In this document: piece after piece, positions 45,999 to 55,254 of the stretch
How positions within the stretch are numbered: position 1 is the first letter of the stretch
Layout: the number at the start of each line of letters is the position of its first letter
NCBI GenBank assembly: GCA_045541795.1
Contig: JAZQJV010000017.1
Span: 1-59,743 of the forward strand
Source of the DNA: Patescibacteria group bacterium
Lineage (GTDB): Bacteria > Patescibacteriota > Microgenomatia > UBA1400 > PJMF01
Reading direction: 5' to 3'
Length of the DNA: 59,743 nucleotides
Made by a program: the position numbers and the translations under genes
Notes under the pieces: model-generated
The model's database searches: none
Told to the model about the DNA's origin: nothing
The model's input: the letters and a program-made list of their open reading frames with translations, nothing else

Positions 45999-48900
45999 AT
46001 GAGGAAGACAATTTTTTTAGCTGGTAAACAAAAATCCAAGCAACTGCTAAGTTTGATGAATAGTGTGCTAGAAAAGATATTTACTATGCCGTTAAAATAT
46101 AGAATTGGGATTTTGTTGACTGGTTTTCTTGCAATTGGCATTCTTATTGTTGGTGATTATGGCATTTCGTGGGATGAACCAATCCAACATAACCATACTA
46201 TGATAAGTTTGACTAAGATTTATCAGACTTTACACATCTCGCTGCCGGGCGGATTTTACCAGACTTATGGTGATCTGCCCGACTTAGATGACTATATGCA
46301 TCGTCATTACGGTGTTGCATTCCAGTTTTTGCCGGCATTAGGCGAGATTGCAACAAGTTTTTTATTACAATCGCCCATCGTGTACTATTTACGTCATTTA
46401 TTCACTTTTTTGCTGTTTTTTGCAGCTGTAGTAAGTTTTTATTTTCTAGCTCGTCGTATGTGGCCGAATAGTAAGTGGTTGCCACTTTTGACTGTGGTTT
46501 TTTTGATCTTGTCGCCGCGGATTTTTGCTGATAGTTTTTATAATATTAAAGATTTGGTGTTTTTATCATTGTTTGTTATGACTTATGCCTGCGCTGATTG
46601 GTATTGGCGTGTTCCTGATTTATGGCGTGCCGTATTGTTTGCGATTGCATTAGCCGTGGCGATTAATAGCAGATTTATCGCAATTGTTGTTTTGCCAATG
46701 CTTGTTTTGGCCGGTTTGTATCAATGTATTGTTAACAAAAAGATCACTTTTTGGCAGTGGTGTGTGCATACTTTATTAATTGTGATAATTCTTGAATTGG
46801 TTTATGTATTGATTACACCGGCTGCTTGGAATGCACCTTTTACTCATTTTATTGATGTTGTGTCGAGGTTTCAAAATTATGAACGCTGGCATGGTAATTT
46901 GTGGTATTTTGGTCAAACCGTTAATGTGACTTCTGGGAGTGCAATTCCTTGGCATTATTTACCAGTATGGATTGTTATCACAACTCCTGTGTTGTATATA
47001 GTATTGTTTGTTAGCGGTTGTTTTGGGTATTTGATCGCACTAATTAAGGATTTAAGAAAAACTATTATTAGTGATATTACGCCAATAATAATGATGGTTT
47101 GTGCAGTAATATCGGCTGTACTGATTAAAAAACCGATTTTTTATAATGGCTGGCGGCATTTTTATTTTATTTATCCTTTTATTATTTTGATTAGTATTTA
47201 TGGCTTGCAAGTTTTACTAGATTGTTTGCAGACACATTTAAGTATAAATTATAAACGCGTTTATAAAAAAATAATAATTGTTGGCCTGTGTGCATATTTA
47301 TCATGCCTTACTTTTTGGATGGTGAGAAATCATCCGTATCAGTATGTATTTTTTGCGGTTCCATATAGAAATCTAGTGAGAAACAGTTTTGATTTAGATT
47401 ATTGGGTAGTATCTTTTGCTGATCAATTAAAGTATTTACATTCGTTACTTCCTGCGAGTGGAACTTCGATTTATAGTGACCAATTAGAGCCGCTTAGAGA
47501 TGCAATGTTACTTTTTAATGATTATGAAAATACTAGGATTGATATTTCGAGGAATCCTGATTATTATTTACTGAGCTCGTATTACCGGAAAGATCCGGCT
47601 AGATCTTTGCCATATTTTCATTTATTGCACGCAATTGACGTAGATAACATGAGACTATCCAGTTTATATGAGTATGATTTTGTTGGGACCCAAATGACAG
47701 AATTATCATATGTAGCTAAAAAAAGCGATATTGTTCCTGATACAAGTGAAGACTTATTTGATCTACAGCAACAAGTGGAAAGTAAAGATGTCGTGGATGG
47801 CACTTTTGTAGTTAATCGGCCTGCGTGGCTGACAATTGATTTTGGGCGAGAGGTGCACGAACAATTACTTTTGCGATTAAATGAGCAAGTTACGAAACCG
47901 GATAAAGTTGCAGTGGGGACAGTAATTGATAATGAAGAGCATGTCGAATGGCATGAAGTTGATGGTGATTGGAGTAATCACCACGATTTTTTGGTTAAAG
48001 AAACTGGTTATCGTTATTTAAGTTTGTTGCTGGATAGTGAAGATAGTTTTAATAAGTTGTGGAATAGGCATGGAGAAAATTTTGTAGATAGTTACGTAGC
48101 TTTTTCTCCACAAAAGAACGAGAAACAGTATTACGGTAATGTATATGATCGGTATGTATTATCCAGTGAATTGAGTAGTGTTGATGATTCTTTTTTGCCG
48201 GCATTAATGTCGCGGGCAGCTATTTTGGATGCTACTTCTTCAAGTTTAGCGCGAACGGACTATATTCATCGTAAGGAAAATGTTTCTGGAAGTTTGGTTG
48301 ATTATGATGGCCTACTTGTGACAGGGCCTAGTGCTTGTGATAGACAAAATGACAGTTGTAATTTATCAGACGATATTACTTATGAAGTAATGACAAATGG
48401 TACTAAGCTTGTTTTTGCGTTAGATAAACCGTTGCTGGAGAATTCTGTATTAAAAATTCACACGTTGGGTACAGAGGATGATTATCTTCAGGTTTATTAT
48501 AGCTTTGATAATGATTTTTATGGCGCACCATCACAGATAATAAAACGTGGGCGCGATGGATCATTTAGCTTTAAAGTGCCGTCCCATTTTGGCCAGATTA
48601 TTAATTATTTGCGTTTTGGTGTTGGTAAACCAGGAGAAGTTGTGACAATAGCAAATGTACAAGTGGAGTCATTTGCTGCATTACTAGATAAAAACGAGCT
48701 TGTGTATGAAAAGATAGAAAATGTAGATTTTGCGGAACGTACTGGTTATGATGCAATTACTTATAGACCATTTGGCAGTCGTGATTCTCATTTAATATTA
48801 ATGGCGGAGCAGCCTTTAACTGGTAGTTTTTTGTTGCGGTTTAATGTAGAAGGAGCTGCTAATAAGCAAGTCGTGATTCGTTTTAGTGATAAAATTGATT

Positions 48901-49409
48901 ATTTTTCAGAGAAAATGCAAACTAAAATAACTGTACCCGATAATGGTGAAGTGCAATTGCCAATGACATTGCCAGCCGGAAAAGATGTTACGTTTGTGCG
49001 TCTAGACATAGATAATGAAGCTGACACTTTGAAAGTGAACAACTGGTCGATTACTAAAATACATAACGATAGTGATGATGCAGATCAGGGAATGGAATTG
49101 GATTATTTTAGTAGCCATAAGATAATTGGACACATTCATGTGGATTCATTTAAATTTTTAGTATTTCCAATAAAAGATAAAAATGGTTGGCGAATATATG
49201 ACAATGGGAAACTGGTAGAAAAAGTCCCGGCAAATTTTGATAATTGCGGTATTTATCTTACGGCTGGTGATCATGATATAGAACTGCGATATGTAGATTT
49301 AATGCCTTTCATAATTACTGGTATTGTTGTATTAATCACATTGCTGGGCGGTATTTATTGCTATGAGCGTAATTGCTACAATGGCAAAAAAAGTTGTAAT
49401 AAGATATGA
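45999..49409 (+). CDS. GT-C (GT39/ArnT-like) membrane glycosyltransferase fused to a large extracytoplasmic region with a YfhO-like C-terminal anchor (1136 aa)
   Basis: GDYGISWDEP (first-loop DE motif) and FADSFYNIKD in the TM region. The C-terminus ...LTAGDHDIELRYVDLMPFIITGIVVLITLLGGIY resembles YfhO ends. Confidence 0.7.
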   Translation: MRKTIFLAGKQKSKQLLSLMNSVLEKIFTMPLKYRIGILLTGFLAIGILIVGDYGISWDEPIQHNHTMISLTKIYQTLHISLPGGFYQTYGDLPDLDDYMHRHYGVAFQFLPALGEIATSFLLQSPIVYYLRHLFTFLLFFAAVVSFYFLARRMWPNSKWLPLLTVVFLILSPRIFADSFYNIKDLVFLSLFVMTYACADWYWRVPDLWRAVLFAIALAVAINSRFIAIVVLPMLVLAGLYQCIVNKKITFWQWCVHTLLIVIILELVYVLITPAAWNAPFTHFIDVVSRFQNYERWHGNLWYFGQTVNVTSGSAIPWHYLPVWIVITTPVLYIVLFVSGCFGYLIALIKDLRKTIISDITPIIMMVCAVISAVLIKKPIFYNGWRHFYFIYPFIILISIYGLQVLLDCLQTHLSINYKRVYKKIIIVGLCAYLSCLTFWMVRNHPYQYVFFAVPYRNLVRNSFDLDYWVVSFADQLKYLHSLLPASGTSIYSDQLEPLRDAMLLFNDYENTRIDISRNPDYYLLSSYYRKDPARSLPYFHLLHAIDVDNMRLSSLYEYDFVGTQMTELSYVAKKSDIVPDTSEDLFDLQQQVESKDVVDGTFVVNRPAWLTIDFGREVHEQLLLRLNEQVTKPDKVAVGTVIDNEEHVEWHEVDGDWSNHHDFLVKETGYRYLSLLLDSEDSFNKLWNRHGENFVDSYVAFSPQKNEKQYYGNVYDRYVLSSELSSVDDSFLPALMSRAAILDATSSSLARTDYIHRKENVSGSLVDYDGLLVTGPSACDRQNDSCNLSDDITYEVMTNGTKLVFALDKPLLENSVLKIHTLGTEDDYLQVYYSFDNDFYGAPSQIIKRGRDGSFSFKVPSHFGQIINYLRFGVGKPGEVVTIANVQVESFAALLDKNELVYEKIENVDFAERTGYDAITYRPFGSRDSHLILMAEQPLTGSFLLRFNVEGAANKQVVIRFSDKIDYFSEKMQTKITVPDNGEVQLPMTLPAGKDVTFVRLDIDNEADTLKVNNWSITKIHNDSDDADQGMELDYFSSHKIIGHIHVDSFKFLVFPIKDKNGWRIYDNGKLVEKVPANFDNCGIYLTAGDHDIELRYVDLMPFIITGIVVLITLLGGIYCYERNCYNGKKSCNKI

Positions 49410-49429
49410 TATAATATTTTTTGTTGAAT

Positions 49430-50416
49430 ATGACAAATGAGAATATATTAAGCACAAGAATTAATGTATCGGTAGTAGTCCCCGTCTACCAAGAGTGTGA
49501 CTCTTTAGGGGAACTTCACGCTCAGCTGCAGGAAAATCTGCACGTATGTATCCGGCAAAAACTAATCCATGACTATGAGATCATCTTTGTGGATGACGGC
49601 TCGCGGGACGGCTCGGCTGAGGTGATTGTAGATTTGGCTGCAAAAGATCCTCATGTTCATTTTGTGATTTTTCGGCGTAATTTTGGCAAATCGATGGCAC
49701 TGCAAACCGGCTTTCGCAATGCTAGTGGCGAGGTGATCGTCACTCTGGATGCAGATTTGCAAGATGATCCAGCGGAATTGCCCAATTTGCTTGGTAAACT
49801 CAATGAAGGCTATGACCTGGTGGTCGGCTGGAAACAAAATCGTCAAGATAATGCGGAAAAACGTTTACCTTCAAAACTCTTTAACATCGTGACGTCGTGG
49901 ATGTCTGGCGTGAAACTGCATGATTTTGATTGCGGTTACAAGGTTTTCCGGCGTGAAGTATGCGACAGCTTGGTTTTTTATGGTCATTTGTATCGTTATA
50001 TACCTGTTTTGGCTGCTCATGATGGATTCAGTGTCGCCGAAATCCCAGTACATCATCAAAAACGCAAATACGGTAAATCTCATTACGGTTTTGAGCGCTA
50101 TTTGCAGGGATTTTTTGACTTTTTATCAGTGATGTTTCTTACCAAATTTGACGATCAACCGATGTATCTTTTTGGCAGTCTAGGGGGGGGCTGTGGCTTA
50201 GTTGGTGCAGCAATTTGCATTTATTTGACCGTTTTGCGCTTACAAGGCGAGACGATTGGTGGTCGGCCGCTTTTGCTTTTGGGAGTGCTGCTTATCATTT
50301 TGGGTGTGCAGCTTTTTTCGATGGGGTTTATCGGTGATTTGATTGTTAACAGTAATTATCGGCATCATTATAGTGAAACTCATGTGAAAACAAAGGATGA
50401 AGGTTTGCAAAAATGA
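49430..50416 (+). CDS. GtrB/ArnC-like polyprenyl-phosphate glycosyltransferase (GT2)
   Basis: VSVVVPVYQE...IIFVDDGSRDGS...VTLDADLQDDP plus two C-terminal TM helices. TGATATAAT (-10 at 49410-49415) lies upstream. Confidence 0.85.
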   Translation: MTNENILSTRINVSVVVPVYQECDSLGELHAQLQENLHVCIRQKLIHDYEIIFVDDGSRDGSAEVIVDLAAKDPHVHFVIFRRNFGKSMALQTGFRNASGEVIVTLDADLQDDPAELPNLLGKLNEGYDLVVGWKQNRQDNAEKRLPSKLFNIVTSWMSGVKLHDFDCGYKVFRREVCDSLVFYGHLYRYIPVLAAHDGFSVAEIPVHHQKRKYGKSHYGFERYLQGFFDFLSVMFLTKFDDQPMYLFGSLGGGCGLVGAAICIYLTVLRLQGETIGGRPLLLLGVLLIILGVQLFSMGFIGDLIVNSNYRHHYSETHVKTKDEGLQK

Positions 50417-50871
50417 AAGTAAGCAGTTGGGATTGGTGCGCGCTTCGGGACGATCCGAGAGGACGGGAAATCGGGCGCTATATCATTTCTGGAGTGAGTG
50501 TCACAGCAGTAAATTTTGGCCTTTTTTGGTTGTTGGATCACTTGGGTCTGTCCTATTTATGGGCGAATGCTAGTGCGATTGTGGCAGCAAAAATTACTGC
50601 GTACGTGCTGAATAAGTGGTATGTTTTTCGCTGTCAAACGCATACTTTGGCGCAGACGTGCAGCGAATTGTTGCGTTACATCTTGGTGCGTGGCTCTACG
50701 GGGCTTCTTGATTTTTTTGGCCTGATGGTATGGGTGGAATTGCTGGGCTGGCCGCGGTTACCGGGTAAAATTGTAGTGATGGGTATCGTTTTAGTTTTAA
50801 ATTATCTGCTGGGGAAAAATGTAGTTTTTGTGAGTAAAAAGAAAGCAAAAAATGACAACGATTTACAATGA
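50413..50871 (+). CDS. GtrA-family membrane protein
   Basis: About 150 aa, four TM helices, YIISGVSVTAVNFGLFWLL. The start overlaps the GtrB-like stop (ATGA). Confidence 0.8.
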   Translation: MKVSSWDWCALRDDPRGREIGRYIISGVSVTAVNFGLFWLLDHLGLSYLWANASAIVAAKITAYVLNKWYVFRCQTHTLAQTCSELLRYILVRGSTGLLDFFGLMVWVELLGWPRLPGKIVVMGIVLVLNYLLGKNVVFVSKKKAKNDNDLQ

Positions 50872-51481
50872 AGGCAACTTCGCAAAATATACTTCCAAAA
50901 ATCCGCTCAAACGGATGCTGGTGGATAATCTCAATCGTAAAATAGTAGCGCAAGTAGCACATATGGCTGCACCTGTGAGTAAGGGGCGCAAACCAGTAAA
51001 AATTTTGGATGCTGGTTGCGGTGAAGGTTTTATTGATAAAATACTGCGAGAAAGAATTGATGACATTGAAATTACCGGCTTGGAATATACGAGTGAAGCG
51101 TTGACGGTCGCGAGAGCGATGAATCCGCAAGTGCATTATGTACAAGGAGACATTTATAAAATGCCGTTTGCTGACGGCGAGTTTGACATTGTGATCTGTA
51201 CGGAAGTGCTAGAGCATTTGCAAGACCCGGATAAAGCTCTAAAGGAAATCAACCGCGTAAGTAGCGGGAAAATCTTACTAACAGTACCTCATGAACCATG
51301 GTTTCGCTTGGGTAACGTCTTGGTGGGGAAAAATTTGACACGTTGGGGCGATCCGATAGATCATGTGAATCACTGGGGCAAACTGGAATTTTTACGGTTT
51401 TGTCGGGAAAATGTTCCGGCCGACTGGCAGCTAATTCCCGGCACGCTTCCATGGACGATGGTGAGTTCAGAGGTGGAGTAA
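50852..51481 (+). CDS. Class I SAM-dependent methyltransferase
   Basis: ILDAGCGEGF (motif I), VICTEVLEHLQDP. Confidence 0.85.
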   Translation: MTTIYNEGNFAKYTSKNPLKRMLVDNLNRKIVAQVAHMAAPVSKGRKPVKILDAGCGEGFIDKILRERIDDIEITGLEYTSEALTVARAMNPQVHYVQGDIYKMPFADGEFDIVICTEVLEHLQDPDKALKEINRVSSGKILLTVPHEPWFRLGNVLVGKNLTRWGDPIDHVNHWGKLEFLRFCRENVPADWQLIPGTLPWTMVSSEVE

Positions 51482-51558
51482 TTTTTCCTCAATTGAAAAA
51501 ACTAGAAATTTCGAATGAGGATGAAACTTTTCGCAGTTGTGATATAATCTAGCTAGTT

Positions 51559-54240
51559 ATGTTGACTGTCTTTTTGTTAGCCACATTTTTTGTAATATTA
51601 GCACTAATAAGGTTTGTCATTATTTCTCGCCAAAAATATCAGGATCCCGTTTTTATCAATAATCTTACGTTGGCTCGTCTTTTTTTGGACGAGATAGTAT
51701 CTTTTGAAGATTATGTCACGTGTAGACAAAGAGAAGCTTTACTGGAAAAATATAAAGTTGTGCATGGCTTTTTTGCTGGAAAAACTGGCTATTATGCCAA
51801 ACAACCTGACGTCAAGCGTTTTAATACTGCTTATGAAAATTTTAAAGCGTGCGTCGATAATTATAATACCGAATATGTGGAACAAGTAATAAAACAGCAC
51901 AGTGATTTTTTTGATGATATTGAAGGAAAATCTTTAGATAAACAACAGCGTTTGGCAGCTGTGACGGATGAACAAGCAAATTTAATCGTGGCAGGTGCGG
52001 GTTCTGGTAAAACTCTGACTGTTTTGGGAAAAGTTTTGTACCTGACGCAGATCAAACATGTGCCGCCGCAACAAATTCTTTTGTTATCGTTTACCAGAAA
52101 GACAGTTAATGATTTAAATGAACGTCTCAAGAAATTAAATTCCCCTGTAAGAGCGACTACTTTTCACAAACTTGGGCTGGAAATTATTGCCAATCATGAA
52201 CAAAAACGTCCTACTATTGCTGACGACAATGTGCTCAGAGATGTTATCTTGGAGTATTTACATGAAGACATTACTCACCATCCTGATCAGCTTCAAGCTT
52301 TTATCCAGTTTATCGGTTGCTATTCTATTTTGCCAGAGGATGATGATGTTTTTAGTTGTGCTGGGGAGAAATTTGATCATTACAAGGGTCTGGTAGATTA
52401 TGAAACTCTCAAGTCAAAAGTCAATCATGCTCATGGCGTGCGCCAGACCTTGGCGGGTGAGCGGGTGCGGAGCGTGGAAGAGCTAATGATTGCGAATTAT
52501 CTTTTTCTAAACGGAATCAATTATGAATACGAAAAACAATATCCCTACGTGCGTTTTACTTACCGTCCGGATTTTTATTTGCCCGATTACGACCTTTGGC
52601 TAGAGCATTTTGGTGTGGATGAGAATGGTGAGGCAAAATGGTTGAATAAATTTGAAGCGCAAAAGTATGTGCGACAGATGAAACAAAAGCGGGAATTACA
52701 TCGACAAAACCACACTATTCTTTTAGAAACTTATTCTTTTTATAATAAACATCATCAATTATTGCAAAAATTGGAAGCGATGCTGTCCCGACGAGGAATT
52801 ACATTTACTCAGCCTGATCTGGGTGATATTTTCCAAGCGTTAGTGCAGGATAAATACACTAGTCACCGTCTTTTAGATCTTATAGCAAGTTTTGTCAATT
52901 TATGCAAATCGAAGAATGTAAACGAGGAACAAATTAGACAGCTTTACTCTCAAGAAAACTCAGATGATTATTTATCTTTGAGGACAAATTTGTTTTTAGA
53001 GTTTGCCATTCCAATTTTGAATAAGTATCAAGAAACTTTGGTCTCGCGTCATAGTGTGGACTTTCACGACATGATCAATCGGGCAGCAGCGATTGTGGAT
53101 GAGAATGGTTGCTATCGTCCGTACAATTATCTTATAGTTGATGAATATCAAGATATTTCTTACAGTCGGTTTAATTTGTTAGATGCAATTCGTCGTAGCA
53201 CTCAAGCAAAGCTTTTGTGCGTGGGTGACGATTGGCAGGCAATTTATCGTTTTGCCGGTAGTGATGTGACCTTATTTAGCGATTTTGGGAAGTTTGTAGG
53301 AGAATTTCAATTGTTGCTTGTGGAACAAACTTTTCGGAATTCGCAGGAGCTGGTAGATGTAGCTTCACATTTTGTTTTAAAAAATCCTTTACAAATTAAA
53401 AAGCAGTTACGATCAAATATTCATCTGGCTTCACCAATTACGCTTGTTTTATATGATGATAATATCGGCAGTGATATTTATCAGACTCTACTTAAGCAAA
53501 TACAAATACTTCTAGAGCAATCCGGTCCTGATTCTTCTATTATGATCCTCGCTCGCCATTCTTTTGATATTGATTCGATATTGTATCAAGATCGGGAGAA
53601 AAGGCATCCGATTCCGGGAGTGAAGTTTAATGAAAAAACTGGTAAACTCACAATGGACGAAATTAATAGCGACAACATCACGTTTTCTACCGTCCATAAG
53701 GCTAAGGGCTTACAAGCGGACAATGTTATTATTTTACATTTGGAAAACGGATTGCATGGATTTCCGAATAAACTCGCTGATGATCCCTTGCTATCACCGC
53801 TTTTGAGTGCGAGAGAAGCTTTCCCGTATGCAGAAGAAAGACGTTTGTTTTATGTAGCACTGACCAGGACAAAAGGACGAGTAGTATTGATGGCAGCACG
53901 CGGCAATGAGTCGGAGTTTGTCAAGGAGCTCATCGTCGAGCATAAAGATTTGTCAATCCAAGGAGAAACGGTGTCGTCGCCAATACAGTGTCCTTGGTGT
54001 AAGACTGGGCATTTGGTGATTCGTTCTGGCAGCGAGACTAACACTCAGTTTGTGGGATGCTCCAATTATCCTCAATGTATGCAGATGTATAAACAAGTGG
54101 AAATTTTGATAAATCCCATTCGCTGTCAGCGCTGCGGTAGCGGTTTTATGGTGAGAAAGAATGGTAAAAATGGTCCCTTTTTGGGGTGTACTAATTGGTC
54201 TCCAGATGGTTTGGGATGCTGCCACACAATGAGTTTGTGA
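51559..54240 (+). CDS. UvrD/Rep-type SF1 helicase (helicase IV-like) with a nuclease-like insert and two C-terminal topoisomerase-type zinc ribbons
   Basis: Walker A AGAGSGKT, VDEYQD (motif II), FSTVHKAKGLQAD and YVALTR (motifs V/VI). YRPDFYLPDYDLWLEHFG insert. CPWC...GCSNYPQC and CQRCG...GCTNW Zn ribbons. TGTGATATAAT (51537-51547) lies upstream. Confidence 0.85.
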   Translation: MLTVFLLATFFVILALIRFVIISRQKYQDPVFINNLTLARLFLDEIVSFEDYVTCRQREALLEKYKVVHGFFAGKTGYYAKQPDVKRFNTAYENFKACVDNYNTEYVEQVIKQHSDFFDDIEGKSLDKQQRLAAVTDEQANLIVAGAGSGKTLTVLGKVLYLTQIKHVPPQQILLLSFTRKTVNDLNERLKKLNSPVRATTFHKLGLEIIANHEQKRPTIADDNVLRDVILEYLHEDITHHPDQLQAFIQFIGCYSILPEDDDVFSCAGEKFDHYKGLVDYETLKSKVNHAHGVRQTLAGERVRSVEELMIANYLFLNGINYEYEKQYPYVRFTYRPDFYLPDYDLWLEHFGVDENGEAKWLNKFEAQKYVRQMKQKRELHRQNHTILLETYSFYNKHHQLLQKLEAMLSRRGITFTQPDLGDIFQALVQDKYTSHRLLDLIASFVNLCKSKNVNEEQIRQLYSQENSDDYLSLRTNLFLEFAIPILNKYQETLVSRHSVDFHDMINRAAAIVDENGCYRPYNYLIVDEYQDISYSRFNLLDAIRRSTQAKLLCVGDDWQAIYRFAGSDVTLFSDFGKFVGEFQLLLVEQTFRNSQELVDVASHFVLKNPLQIKKQLRSNIHLASPITLVLYDDNIGSDIYQTLLKQIQILLEQSGPDSSIMILARHSFDIDSILYQDREKRHPIPGVKFNEKTGKLTMDEINSDNITFSTVHKAKGLQADNVIILHLENGLHGFPNKLADDPLLSPLLSAREAFPYAEERRLFYVALTRTKGRVVLMAARGNESEFVKELIVEHKDLSIQGETVSSPIQCPWCKTGHLVIRSGSETNTQFVGCSNYPQCMQMYKQVEILINPIRCQRCGSGFMVRKNGKNGPFLGCTNWSPDGLGCCHTMSL

Positions 54241-54267
54241 TACGTTTTTAGAAAATGAATTTGGGTT

Positions 54268-55194
54268 TTATTTCTCACTCTTTTCCACTTTTTGCAGGCC
54301 CAACTCCTCTGCATACTGCCACCACCTATCTGCCAATGGCTTGCCGGGACTATTCCACGGCTTGGTGGCGGAGTCATAGTGGATGAGATGAATTGGCTCG
54401 GCTGCTTGGCGGTAGGTGGCGGCCGCCCGGGCGGAGCCTGCAAGGATGACCGACCACATGAAATTCCAGGAAACGGGCAAAAGCACCGTCTGATCAGCAT
54501 AAAGCGCATTGAGGACGTCTTGGTCTACCAGATGCGGATGTCCGAGCTCGTCAAGTTTGCTCAGGGCTTGATGCAGTAGCCGGGCGGCTTTCATTTTGGT
54601 GATGTCCATGAGCATCACGCCAGCGCAAAAATATTGGAGGAAGGGGACGGCTAGAGTCTGGGTAATGTATTGTTTTTCACTCTGATCTAAGGGCAAAAAG
54701 TGACACCGATCCGTGCCGGCGGCAAACATTTTGCCTTCCAGCTCAAAGTGGTAAAGTGTGGCGATGTCATCAAGGATAATAATATCGGTATCTAGGTATA
54801 ACACCCGCCGGTAGCGCGAAAAAATCTCGCCGATAAAAAAACGGTAATAGGTGGCGATGGTATAGTGACCGCTTAAGTGTTTGCTAAAGTCATATGGATA
54901 ATGGCTCAAGTCAATGGTGATAAAACGCAGGCTGATATTTTTTTGGCGAAATTTATCCAGCGGGAAACTGCGCAAGTCGAGCTCTTCGCCTGTGAGGATA
55001 CAGACATCATAATTGGTAGTGGGTGAGGCGTGATCAATTAGTGAGCTGAGGCAAACTGCTAGATACGGCAGGTAGTTTTGGTCGGTGGCAAAAACGACAT
55101 TCACACTTTCCTGATCAAAGGCAGGCGTGACGATGGGTAGCTGGTGGGCAGTTCGTGCTGACATGTGCCATATTATACCATGAAAGGTGGGCAA
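54268..55194 (-). CDS. Family 8 glycosyltransferase
   Basis: VNVVFATDQNYLPYLAVCLSSL and LYLDTDIIILDDI (DxD) are GT8 signatures. Confidence 0.85.
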   Translation of the reverse strand: MPTFHGIIWHMSARTAHQLPIVTPAFDQESVNVVFATDQNYLPYLAVCLSSLIDHASPTTNYDVCILTGEELDLRSFPLDKFRQKNISLRFITIDLSHYPYDFSKHLSGHYTIATYYRFFIGEIFSRYRRVLYLDTDIIILDDIATLYHFELEGKMFAAGTDRCHFLPLDQSEKQYITQTLAVPFLQYFCAGVMLMDITKMKAARLLHQALSKLDELGHPHLVDQDVLNALYADQTVLLPVSWNFMWSVILAGSARAAATYRQAAEPIHLIHYDSATKPWNSPGKPLADRWWQYAEELGLQKVEKSEK

Positions 55195-55254
55195 AAATGA
55201 GACAGGCGTGAAGATTTAACGTTTTTTTAAATAATCCGTGTTATAATCAAGATT

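Noticed and set aside
54126-54579. ORFs 54126-54509 (minus) and 54292-54579 (plus)
   Set aside because: These are alternative frames of the helicase 3' end and the GT8 gene, both of which have clear family motifs.
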